Below, in pieces: positions 10,157-19,091 of a stretch of DNA of 64,000 nucleotides (its first letter is position 1; every line of letters begins with the position of its first letter). The position numbers and the translations under genes are program-made. Origin of the DNA: an uncultured virus (IMG/VR IMGVR_UViG_3300031998_000023) (taxonomy: Duplodnaviria > Heunggongvirae > Uroviricota > Caudoviricetes). The notes beneath the pieces are model-generated. The model saw nothing but the letters and a program-made list of their open reading frames with translations, searched no databases and had not been told where the DNA came from. The stretch lies in IMG/VR virus record IMGVR_UViG_3300031998_000023. The stretch is one strand, 5' to 3'.

Positions 10157-10837
10157 TTAATCTAATTTAAATACGTTGTTATAATCACTATATTTTCTAT
10201 ATATTTCTCTTGGAAGTAATATGTTTACAGGTGCTTCAGCACCTTTAAGCCAATATGGAACGTTAAATTTCAATCCATCTATTGTTACTGTATTATCCCA
10301 AGTATCAATGTTTGATATTATTTCATTTAATTGGCTTCTAAGTCTTTCCTTTGTCCAACCTATTGAGTTGAGATATTCATTAAGTCTTTCTTTTCTTACA
10401 ACAACAACCTCAGCCTCTAAAATATCATCAACATTTTCAATATTTCCACTTTTTGTTCTATCAATCCATATAAGTACAAGAGTGTCATTTATTACCTTGT
10501 CACTCATCCACCATCCATCACATCTTACCCAAGAGCCTTGTTGTTTAGTTCGCATGGATAACTCCAAGCAAAAAGTGTTCAAACGCTTTCTTTTGTTTTT
10601 TTCATTTGGGTATTGTTGCCCATCATTTATATATCTACTACCAGTTACTGCTTTCTCATCTACTATATAATGAAAGTGCCTACCCGTAAACTCACAATCA
10701 ACTCCCAACTTTTGTGTTTCTGGATTATCATTGTATTTGTAATCAGGAAATAGATGATAGAGATTACGTTCTAAAAACTCTCTTGCTATTTGTTCTTTTC
10801 GTTTGTCATCGTTTCGCCTATCCTCATACTCCATCAT
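10157..10837 (-). CDS. Putative PD-(D/E)XK-family nuclease-like protein
   Basis: QKLGVD...VDEK pattern. Confidence 0.45.
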   Translation of the reverse strand: MMEYEDRRNDDKRKEQIAREFLERNLYHLFPDYKYNDNPETQKLGVDCEFTGRHFHYIVDEKAVTGSRYINDGQQYPNEKNKRKRLNTFCLELSMRTKQQGSWVRCDGWWMSDKVINDTLVLIWIDRTKSGNIENVDDILEAEVVVVRKERLNEYLNSIGWTKERLRSQLNEIISNIDTWDNTVTIDGLKFNVPYWLKGAEAPVNILLPREIYRKYSDYNNVFKLD

Positions 10838-11291
10838 CTAACATTTCTAACTCACTTATTTTGAACCAATTGGTGCAATGTGTGTCTAAAAATGTCATAA
10901 GTCCACTGATTGAGCCTTCATTTTTACGACAAGAAATTTTTAGTCGTATTTTATCTCCTTCCTGTTCATAGTCATATATGTACCATGAATCATTGTATGG
11001 GTCGAAAATCTTAAATCCGTTGTATGAATAAGCTGATGTTGCGTTTATGTATGTTTTAGCCTGTGCTAATAATTTTCTATATTCTTCAACTTTTTCAATC
11101 TCATCTTTTGTATATGTTTCAAGAATTTTGTCACAGATGAAATTATATACAGGTGTTGACATGAAAATGGACTCATTCAACACACTTATTTTACTTTTAA
11201 TTGGTTCTAATAAAAACTGAACTTCTTGGAGTTGCTTTTGAAGTCTGTTTTGCTCACCAAGAAGTTCAATCATTTCCTTTATCTTATTCAT
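10824..11291 (-). CDS. Hypothetical protein
   Basis: 155 aa ORF overlapping its neighbours. Confidence 0.7.
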   Translation of the reverse strand: MNKIKEMIELLGEQNRLQKQLQEVQFLLEPIKSKISVLNESIFMSTPVYNFICDKILETYTKDEIEKVEEYRKLLAQAKTYINATSAYSYNGFKIFDPYNDSWYIYDYEQEGDKIRLKISCRKNEGSISGLMTFLDTHCTNWFKISELEMLDDGV

Positions 11292-11844
11292 TGATAACGT
11301 TAATTTGACATGACTTCATTGTTTCCAATGCAGCCTTATGCTTTTCAGGAGTTACACCTGCGCAACATGAAGCATCAACTGTGATGTCTGCCCTATCGTA
11401 AAGGATAGCCTTTTCCATCAATACATTGCTGATTACACAAATGTCAGTGCAGAATCCAACATATTCAATATCAAGGTTTCCTTGAAAATCTTCATCGGTA
11501 TCGAAGATTTCAGCCATTGCTGTTGAGCCAAATGTAGGCTTTTCAACACAAATCACATAAATACCTCTTTTTTCTGCTTGTTCAATGGCTTCTCTGATGT
11601 CTTTGTTGATTTTCCATCCATCACTGTTTTTAATACAGTGTTCTACGGGAAGCATTTTTCCCTCGTTTGTTGACAAGTAATCACCTTTATGCGTGTCCAT
11701 GGTATAAAGGATGAAATCACCGTTGAAGTCATTAATCTTTTTTACAATGTTCGGAACAGCCTTGATAGCGTCTTCGTTCCTCAAAGAACCGTCAATGAAA
11801 TCATTCTGACAGTCAATAATAACTAAAACTTTTTTCTTATCCAT
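11284..11844 (-). CDS. pncA: Nicotinamidase / isochorismatase-family cysteine hydrolase
   Basis: IDCQNDFIDGSL, DTH, PVEHC, EKPTFGS, GFCTDICV; start corrected from TTG 11874 to ATG 11844. Confidence 0.9.
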   Translation of the reverse strand: MDKKKVLVIIDCQNDFIDGSLRNEDAIKAVPNIVKKINDFNGDFILYTMDTHKGDYLSTNEGKMLPVEHCIKNSDGWKINKDIREAIEQAEKRGIYVICVEKPTFGSTAMAEIFDTDEDFQGNLDIEYVGFCTDICVISNVLMEKAILYDRADITVDASCCAGVTPEKHKAALETMKSCQINVINE

Positions 11845-11865
11845 AATAAAATGAATTTTTTCTTT

Positions 11866-12070
11866 AATATACAAGTTTTTATGAAAAAAAACAAATATTT
11901 CAAAAAAAATGAAAAAAAAATTGGTTAAGCACTAGTGCCCAGAGCAAGCTTTTATTGAAAATTTTAATCAAAATTAAGCTATAAAAATATATAAAAAAAT
12001 AGCTTTTATTTCAGGCACTAGTGCTCAAAATAGAATTTTTTGGTATTTTTGAAAATTTTATGTAAATTAG
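11866..12070. promoter_or_regulatory. Divergent intergenic control region with two GCACTAGTGC palindromes and back-to-back promoter motifs
   Basis: Palindromes at 11929-11938 and 12015-12024; TTGTATATT on minus at 11866-11874; TTTG...ATGTAAATT variant on plus near 12040-12068. Confidence 0.65.
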
Positions 12071-12089
12071 AAATAAAAAAAAATCCAAA

Positions 12090-12614
12090 ATGAGCACGTT
12101 TTTAGACCATATAACAGGCTTTTTCAGAAAAGTTGGACACTTTATCGCTAATTTGTATAAAGTGTCTAAATACTCTTTATTTAATAAGGTGAAATATAAA
12201 ACTATTGACGAATGCATAAATGGATATGCTTTCGACTTTGGGTATTTGTACAATTTGGAGTTGGCAAAATTGAAAGAAATGGTTGACTACTTTACTAAGT
12301 ATGGTATTTCTGCCGACAATGACTTATATATTAAGCAAATGAAATTGGCCATCAAGTTACTTCAAATTGTAATTAATGAGGAAGGATACCATTTTGAGCA
12401 TAATATAGATAACAATGTAAGTAAAAAATTCACTGATTTGAACAAATATGTGTGTGATGTAACCGTAAACACAAAAAATGCACACAGGTTTGTTCCTAAT
12501 GAGCAAGAAAGAGAATTTTATGTAAACAATTACCCACATGAACTTTACTTACTTAAAGCAACGCACTTGTATCACAAGTTGAGAGAATACTATGAGCAAA
12601 CTTGGTGGGATTAA
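12090..12614 (+). CDS. Hypothetical phage protein
   Basis: 174 aa ORF ending in WWD. Confidence 0.7.
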   Translation: MSTFLDHITGFFRKVGHFIANLYKVSKYSLFNKVKYKTIDECINGYAFDFGYLYNLELAKLKEMVDYFTKYGISADNDLYIKQMKLAIKLLQIVINEEGYHFEHNIDNNVSKKFTDLNKYVCDVTVNTKNAHRFVPNEQEREFYVNNYPHELYLLKATHLYHKLREYYEQTWWD

Positions 12615-12671
12615 TTTTGGTATTAAAAAAATAATTTGTATATTCAAGACGAATCTAAAAATTTAAGAAAT

Positions 12672-14216
12672 ATGTTTAATTGCAATGCAATGTTATTGAA
12701 GGACTTCTACAAAATGTGTCATTTATCTATGCTTGATAAAGGGATGACAAAATCTGTTTCATATTATACACCTAGAATGTCAAGGGTAAATAGATGGAAT
12801 AAAGTTGTTAACTTTGGGTTACAAGCGTTTTGTAAAGATTACCTTATTGATTATTTTAATGAAAATTTCTTCAATAGAAATGAAAACGATGTTTGTACTG
12901 AGTACAAATATTATGCTGAAATGACAATGGGTAAAGATGTTGTTGATGTTACCAAAATAAGAAAATTACATCAACTTGGCTATTTACCGATTGAAATTGT
13001 TTCTCTTCCTGAGGGGACTGAAGTTCCGATTCATTGCCCTATTTTTGGTATTACTAATACACATCCTGATTTTGCATGGCTTGGGCAAGCATTAGAGTCG
13101 TTAATTTCAGCAGAAATGTGGTATCCAATGATTTGTGCAACAGTTGGTCACACTTATAGAGAAATTGTTAATAAGTGGTATGACAAAACGTGCGATGACA
13201 ATATTCCACGTAGACGAGCTTTAGGAAATTTTGATTTTCGTGGCGACCAGGGTTTTGATGCTGCTTTGAAAGCAGGTGCAGGATGGTGTCTTTCATTTGT
13301 TAATACAGCAACAGTTCCTGTAATTCCTTATTTGGAAAAAAATTATAATTGCTGCTGTGGAAAAGAAGAAGTTGGGTTTGGTGCAGTTTCCACAGAACAT
13401 TTTGTTATGTGTAGTAATTCAGCAAAAGATATAAAAGACAATCCTGATTATGAGTTTTTTGATATTGACCCGTATCGTGAACGTATTTTTATAAAAAAAA
13501 TGCTAACAGAACTTTATCCTAATACTTCATTTAGTTGTGTTTGCGATTCTTATGATTATTGGAATGTTGTTAAAAACATTCTTCCTACACTTAAAGAAGA
13601 AATTTTAAGTCATAATGGATGTATGCTTGTGAGAGGTGATTCTGGAGACTGTGTAAAAGTTGTAACAGAAACTGTTTTTGAACTTTGGAAAATTTTTGGA
13701 GGTACTGTTAATTCTAAAGGATATAAAGTTCTTGATTCTCATGTCAAAGCACTTTATGGCGATTCAATTACAGTTCAACGTGCAGAAGAAATTTATGAAA
13801 TTCTTGAACAAAATGGTTTTGCAGCACAAAACGTTTCTTTAGGAGTTGGCTCTTTTTCAATGCATTGTATTGAAGAGGATGGTGTTTTAAAGCCGTTTAG
13901 CCGTGACACTTTTGGCGTTGCTATAAAAGCTTGTTATGCTGAATTTACAGATGAAAATGGAAACATAGAAAAACTTTCAGTTTATAAAGACCCTAAAACA
14001 GATAGAGAAAATGGTGGAGGAAATTTCAAAAAGAGCCAAAGAGGTTGCTGTATTGTGACTTATGAAAATGGTGAATACAAATTCACAGATGGGCATACTT
14101 GGGAAGAGGCGTATCTTTCTCCAAATTTGCTTAAACCGGTGTTTAGAAATGGTAAATTGATTGACCAAGAAACTTTATATAATATTAGGCAGCGTTTAAA
14201 TAAAAATAATTTTTAA
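12672..14216 (+). CDS. NAMPT/NadV-family phosphoribosyltransferase (candidate Namat-like ADPR-transferase, probably nicotinate-accepting)
   Basis: DFYKMCH, NFDFRG, STEHFVM, CDSYD, VRGDSGD, LYGDSIT, GVGS, RDTFGVAIKA, KDPKTD, KKSQRG; start corrected from TTG 12636. Confidence 0.92.
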   Translation: MFNCNAMLLKDFYKMCHLSMLDKGMTKSVSYYTPRMSRVNRWNKVVNFGLQAFCKDYLIDYFNENFFNRNENDVCTEYKYYAEMTMGKDVVDVTKIRKLHQLGYLPIEIVSLPEGTEVPIHCPIFGITNTHPDFAWLGQALESLISAEMWYPMICATVGHTYREIVNKWYDKTCDDNIPRRRALGNFDFRGDQGFDAALKAGAGWCLSFVNTATVPVIPYLEKNYNCCCGKEEVGFGAVSTEHFVMCSNSAKDIKDNPDYEFFDIDPYRERIFIKKMLTELYPNTSFSCVCDSYDYWNVVKNILPTLKEEILSHNGCMLVRGDSGDCVKVVTETVFELWKIFGGTVNSKGYKVLDSHVKALYGDSITVQRAEEIYEILEQNGFAAQNVSLGVGSFSMHCIEEDGVLKPFSRDTFGVAIKACYAEFTDENGNIEKLSVYKDPKTDRENGGGNFKKSQRGCCIVTYENGEYKFTDGHTWEEAYLSPNLLKPVFRNGKLIDQETLYNIRQRLNKNNF

Positions 14217-14271
14217 AATGCTTTGATTTTTTTTCAAAATATCATATATTTATATTAAAGTAGTATATAAT

Positions 14272-15174
14272 ATGGGAAAAAAGAATTGGACAGATAACGA
14301 AGTAAAAATTTTATATGAAAATTTTCCTGATGGCGGAATATATAAATGTATGGAATTATTACCTAATAGAAAAAGAAGCCAAATAAAAGCAAAAATTGAT
14401 GCTCTTCATATAAAGTCAAATCATCGTGATAAATGGACAGAAGAAGAAAATCAAAAGTTAAAAGAAGCTTGGGAAACATATTCAATGGAAGAATTGTTGA
14501 ATGCTTTTCCTGGAAGAAGTTATCAAAAAATACAATTACATGCAAATTGGCTTGGATATAGTTCAAAAACAGATAGGAAACGAAAATGCGATTTATCTTT
14601 TTTAGATTTAAATAATTTAACTAAAGAAAATGCATATTGGTGGGGATTTATAATGGCAGATGGACATATTAGTAAAAGAGGCCAAATTGTCATACAATTA
14701 AAGAATGTTGATGAAAATCATCTTCAAAAAATAGCGTTTCATTTAAATGGAAATATTAAAAAGGTAAAAAATGATTTTGTTAGGCTTGCATGTAATGACA
14801 TAAAAAAAATTACTGAATGGAGAAGTATTTTAGAAATGAATGAAAGTGCAAAAACATATTTTCCTCCTTCATTAAAAATATTTGAGCCTGAAATTATTTA
14901 TTTTTTTATTGGATTTGTTGATGGTGATGGGTGTATATGGAAAAGTAAAAATTATCCATTATTAAAAATTGAATTACATGCTTCATGGAAAGAAAATCTT
15001 GATTTAATTGCAAAAATTTTAAAAGAAAAATATGGGATAATTTCCGTAAAAACAAAAATATCAAAAAAAGGAACTTCTGTTTTAACAATAGAAAACAGAA
15101 ATGATTTAATTAACATTTTAAAATATGCTAAAGAAGTTGAATCTTTAGATAGAAAATGGAATAAACTAATTTAA
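14272..15174 (+). mobile_element. Free-standing LAGLIDADG homing endonuclease with N-terminal Myb-like repeats
   Basis: YWWGFIMADG and FFIGFVDGDG motifs; WTDNE/WTEEE repeats; more AT-rich than flanks. Confidence 0.85.
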
Positions 15175-15234
15175 ATTTATGAATAATAAGTAAACTATTT
15201 ATATAATCAATAAGATTGTATAAAATAGTTCAAC

Positions 15235-15402
15235 ATGAAACTTGTAATTGAGCAATGTGATGAGAAGTGGATTATAATGCTCCATGACATGCTTGGAAGA
15301 CGTAGATATAACAATTTGGATTTTGATTCAAGGGATGATGCTCTTGACTATCTTACAAACCAATTTAAGAATGATAACGATATATTAAATTCAATAGTAT
15401 GA
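15235..15402 (+). CDS. Small hypothetical protein (55 aa)
   Basis: MKLVIEQCDEKW...; preceded by ACTATTTAT; ATGA overlap with the next gene. Confidence 0.55.
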   Translation: MKLVIEQCDEKWIIMLHDMLGRRRYNNLDFDSRDDALDYLTNQFKNDNDILNSIV

Positions 15403-15800
15403 GAGAAGATTTCAACGAACATGTATCATATTGGAAATCACAATTTGCAGAAATGAAAGAAGCCTATAAGACTCTTTTCTGTGAATTATATGGCTTTGAT
15501 GTAAATGATGCATATTGGACAGGAAATGTTCTTGAAGTTGCTGACTATTTCTTCGGCCTATATGATATAATGTATGCTGTAAATACGCCGGTACCTGAGG
15601 AACTTCTTTTCAGATGGTATGATTACAGTCTAACATTGGTTGAATATTCTCTTGGAGATAGCAAACTTGAAAATTTTGTAAGAGGTCATAGACCTTATTC
15701 AGAAGAGAGTATCACAAAATTACGTGAACTTCAAAGTGAATTTACAAAATCAAAGATAGCACTTGACGATTTTTTAAATGAATTGAGAAATGGAAATTAA
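15399..15800 (+). CDS. Hypothetical protein
   Basis: 133 aa ORF in operon. Confidence 0.7.
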   Translation: MREDFNEHVSYWKSQFAEMKEAYKTLFCELYGFDVNDAYWTGNVLEVADYFFGLYDIMYAVNTPVPEELLFRWYDYSLTLVEYSLGDSKLENFVRGHRPYSEESITKLRELQSEFTKSKIALDDFLNELRNGN

Positions 15801-16254
15801 AATTATAGACGGTAATTTACTTGACACAAATGCAGACCTTATTTTACATCAGGTCAATTGTCAAGGGGCCATGAATAGCGGCGTTGCTAAGGCAATCAGA
15901 GAAAAATGGCCTATTGTATTTGAAGTGTATAGGGCTTTTTGCAATAGCGAGGGACAACGTTTAGGCGTTTGCCTTCCTGTAAAGATAAATGATACTCAAC
16001 GTGTTATTAACATGTTTTCACAGGATAAGTATGGATATGACGGAGAAATGTACACATCATATGATGCCGTAAATACTTGCCTTAGAAAAACAAGGGAGTA
16101 TTGTGAAAAGAATAACTTGAAAACAATATCGCTTCCGTATAAGATGTGCTGCTGCCGTGGCGGTGCTAATTGGGATGTAATAATGGCACTAATAAAGGCT
16201 AATTTTGAGTCATCGGATATAACAATTGAAATTTATAGATTAGACAAAGATTGA
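15790..16254 (+). CDS. Macro domain protein (ADP-ribose binding/hydrolase, TARG1/DarG-like subgroup)
   Basis: GNLLD, ILHQVNCQGAMNSGVAKAIREKWP, INMFSQ, LPYKM..RGGANW. Confidence 0.88.
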   Translation: MEIKIIDGNLLDTNADLILHQVNCQGAMNSGVAKAIREKWPIVFEVYRAFCNSEGQRLGVCLPVKINDTQRVINMFSQDKYGYDGEMYTSYDAVNTCLRKTREYCEKNNLKTISLPYKMCCCRGGANWDVIMALIKANFESSDITIEIYRLDKD

Positions 16255-16282
16255 AAAGAGCGTTCAAATGAACGCTTTTTTT
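16255..16282 (+). terminator. Intrinsic terminator
   Basis: AAAGAGCGTTCA-AA-TGAACGCTTTTTTT. Confidence 0.75.
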
Positions 16283-16332
16283 GTTTTTATGAATTTAATT
16301 TTGTATATTTTAACAAATAAATTTTAAGTAAT

Positions 16333-17391
16333 ATGTCAGAAAAATTAACTAAAAGACAAGTTCTTGTGGACCTTGGATATGAAGACACTGTTGTTTTTGA
16401 AAATCCAAGTTATGATAACGCAATTATCGGTACTGATGAAGAAGGCAGAGCCATTTATTCTTATGATTTGATGGTTGAATGCTTAATGATTGAAGATGGA
16501 ATGGACTATGAGGAAGCATGTGAGTTTATTGATTACAATGCTGTAAGGTCACTTCCTTATATTCCGAATCATCCTATTATTCTTTATAATAGTGGAATTT
16601 TCAATGATGAAATTTATGAGGAAAGGTATTTCAGAAATAATTTTGATGCCGTAAAGGAATCAGAGAAAGTCATCAAATGGATTAAGGAATGGTTCGATAA
16701 GAATGGTCCTGATTGCAATGCTATTGTTGGTATGAGTGGTGGTAAGGATTCAACTATTGTCGCTGGCCTTTGTGTCAAGGCTCTTGGCAAAGACAGGGTT
16801 ATTGGAATTTCAATGCCTGACGCTGGCCAAGGTATTAATGAAGCAGATAAGATTTGCGAACATCTTGGAATCAAGTATTACTGCATTCCTATTGATGGAG
16901 TTACTGGCGCATTGAAATTCTCATTATCATTAAACGGTGATAAGATTTCAGAGCAAACCGAACAGAATATTCCTCCAAGAATCAGAATGGCTACTCTTTA
17001 TGGGTTTGCACAATCTCACAATGGCCGTGTAATGGGTACATGTAATGCAAGCGAAAATTACGTTGGCTATTTCACAAGATACGGTGATGGCGCTTCTGAC
17101 GTTGAACCTCTTGGTAATTTTACTGTTGCAGAAGTAAAGGCTATTGGCCACGCAATCGGCATTCCTTATAAATGGGTTGAGAAGATTCCTGATGATGGAC
17201 TTCCGAACAGCTGCCCTGATGATGAAAAGTTTGCAAAGTGGGGGTTCAGTTATGCTTTGCTTGATAAGTACATTGCAAAAGGTACAACAAGCGACTCTGA
17301 AACCGACAGAATTATTAGGGAAAAGCACAATCAGACCAAGTTTAAACTTGGAATGGGTGAAGTATATGACCCTGATAAATACCAAATTTAA
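16333..17391 (+). CDS. nadE: NH3-dependent NAD+ synthetase with an extra N-terminal domain of about 90 aa
   Basis: GMSGGKDS, NIPPRIRMATLY, GTCNASE..VGYFTRYGDG, KIPDDGL, DD..F..WGFSY. Confidence 0.92.
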   Translation: MSEKLTKRQVLVDLGYEDTVVFENPSYDNAIIGTDEEGRAIYSYDLMVECLMIEDGMDYEEACEFIDYNAVRSLPYIPNHPIILYNSGIFNDEIYEERYFRNNFDAVKESEKVIKWIKEWFDKNGPDCNAIVGMSGGKDSTIVAGLCVKALGKDRVIGISMPDAGQGINEADKICEHLGIKYYCIPIDGVTGALKFSLSLNGDKISEQTEQNIPPRIRMATLYGFAQSHNGRVMGTCNASENYVGYFTRYGDGASDVEPLGNFTVAEVKAIGHAIGIPYKWVEKIPDDGLPNSCPDDEKFAKWGFSYALLDKYIAKGTTSDSETDRIIREKHNQTKFKLGMGEVYDPDKYQI

Positions 17392-17410
17392 TTTGGCACG
17401 ATTTTTGATA
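17392..17410 (+). promoter_or_regulatory. Sigma54-like -24/-12 motif (class II; about 9 copies in window)
   Basis: TTTGGCACGATTTTTGATA, 24 nt upstream of the ligase ATG. Confidence 0.65.
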
Positions 17411-17434
17411 TACAATAATTAAAATTTAAATTCA

Positions 17435-18094
17435 ATGAAATATCCAAGAACATATCATTTGCCGTTTTCACCTGGTACTACGAGTGATGACAGAATATTG
17501 CATGGTGATTGGTTTGCCTATTATAAAGGCAAAGAGGTTGTATTTACCGAAAAACTTGACGGTGAAAATACTGCCATGAACGTTGTTGATGTCTATGCTC
17601 GTTCACATGGCGCACCAACACGTTCACCTTGGTCACGTAATCTTTGGGACCCATCGTGTGGACTGTATTGGCAAATCAAGCCATATATTGGTGAGAACGA
17701 GACACTTTATGGTGAAAACCTTTATGGCGAACATTCAATACATTATGACAAACTTCAGGCTTATTGGCATTTGTTTGGAATTAATGATGGCGAAAGATGG
17801 TATGGATGGGATGAAGTTAAAGAATTTTCAAAAATAATCGGAGTTCCACATGTTCCTGAACTTTTAAGGACTGTATTGAATGATGAGTCAGAAGTCAAGG
17901 CAATAATTGATGAAATAATGACACATCCATCAACATACAACGACACTGAAAAAGAGGGCGTTGTTATGAGACTTACCGATTCGTATGGAATTGATGACTT
18001 TCCTAATTGTGTATGCAAGTGGGTTAGACCTCATCACGTCCAAACGGATGAACATTGGACCCGAAATTGGAAAAAAGCAGAACTTATCTATTAA
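17435..18094 (+). CDS. RNA ligase family protein
   Basis: KYPRTYHLPFSPG, TEKLDGEN (motif I), GEN, EGVVMR, KWVR. Confidence 0.88.
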   Translation: MKYPRTYHLPFSPGTTSDDRILHGDWFAYYKGKEVVFTEKLDGENTAMNVVDVYARSHGAPTRSPWSRNLWDPSCGLYWQIKPYIGENETLYGENLYGEHSIHYDKLQAYWHLFGINDGERWYGWDEVKEFSKIIGVPHVPELLRTVLNDESEVKAIIDEIMTHPSTYNDTEKEGVVMRLTDSYGIDDFPNCVCKWVRPHHVQTDEHWTRNWKKAELIY

Positions 18095-18105
18095 ATACAA
18101 TAACT

Positions 18106-18702
18106 ATGTACAAATTTGTTAAAATAGCAGACAAGAATAACAAAGAATCAGGAACTTGGTACTTTGTGCCAAATTCTATTGAACAGGTTCAAGAACATTT
18201 TGAAAAGATTTTCGGACAGGAAATCAAGGCAGGTGTAAAGGATGAGATTGAAAGAAGTATGTATCATCCCACAACTGCATGGAGGCAAGCCGTTGATATT
18301 ATGAACAGCCTCTACCAAGAGCCTTGGATTTTTTCAGCAATGAAACTTGAAAATCAGGTTCTTCAAGATAGAATTAGGTTTTTTGAAGAGGGTAAGCCAA
18401 TGTATCTTGCAAACGGAGTTATTCATTTTTGGCCATCTTGGGATTTGTACGAAATCGTAGATGAGGTTGAATTGGAAGAACTTGAATACCCAAGGGAAGC
18501 CCAATTTCATCTTGAAGAGGTTAGGTATATGCAGTGGGATATGCCTGGTTTGACAAAGGGTAGCCATTGGTATGCCAAAATTGGTAATCGTGATGTTAAA
18601 GATAAAGATGGTAATATGAAGTGGAACACCAAGAAAGAGGCTGAAAAAGCTGCTGAATGGTTCTGCAATTACCTCAATCATAAAACATATTTTGGGTGGT
18701 GA
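18106..18702 (+). CDS. Hypothetical protein
   Basis: ORF 18055..18702; probable start MYKFVK after the ligase stop. Confidence 0.65.
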   Translation: MYKFVKIADKNNKESGTWYFVPNSIEQVQEHFEKIFGQEIKAGVKDEIERSMYHPTTAWRQAVDIMNSLYQEPWIFSAMKLENQVLQDRIRFFEEGKPMYLANGVIHFWPSWDLYEIVDEVELEELEYPREAQFHLEEVRYMQWDMPGLTKGSHWYAKIGNRDVKDKDGNMKWNTKKEAEKAAEWFCNYLNHKTYFGW

Positions 18703-19076
18703 TAACAGTTTATAACAAAACAGTTGAAGACTATTCCACGTGTCCAAATAATTATTATATTGGCCGTGGCAGCATCCTTGGGAATCCTTACACGCATAAG
18801 CCATTACAAGGTACAATGGCCATATATCATACAAGAAACCGAGAAGAGGCTATTGAACGATATAGTGGGTACTTTGATTTAATGTACGAGCGTGATGAGG
18901 ATTTCAAGGCTGTTGTTGATGATATATACGAGAAATACAAGAAAGGCGAGGATGTTTACCTTGCTTGCTACTGCAAACCTGAGCCGTGTCATGGTGACAT
19001 TATAGCACAAAAGTTGCAAAAAAGACTGCTCAGGGAAAAAATAATAGAGGCAAAAAAATTGAGAGAAAAAGAATAA
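18696..19076 (+). CDS. DUF4326-like protein
   Basis: YIGRGSILGNPY...LACYCKPEPCHGD. Confidence 0.85.
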   Translation: MVITVYNKTVEDYSTCPNNYYIGRGSILGNPYTHKPLQGTMAIYHTRNREEAIERYSGYFDLMYERDEDFKAVVDDIYEKYKKGEDVYLACYCKPEPCHGDIIAQKLQKRLLREKIIEAKKLREKE

Positions 19077-19091
19077 TTTAAAATAACAACA

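Noticed and set aside
14217..15234. Group I intron or intein hosting the LAGLIDADG ORF
   Set aside because: The upstream transferase is complete, no interrupted gene flanks it and the spacers are too short for an intron core
7124..17391. Bacterial chromosomal NAD salvage operon
   Set aside because: The genes are interspersed with phage-type small ORFs and a homing endonuclease, and no regulator or housekeeping context is present; bacterial ancestry of the genes remains likely
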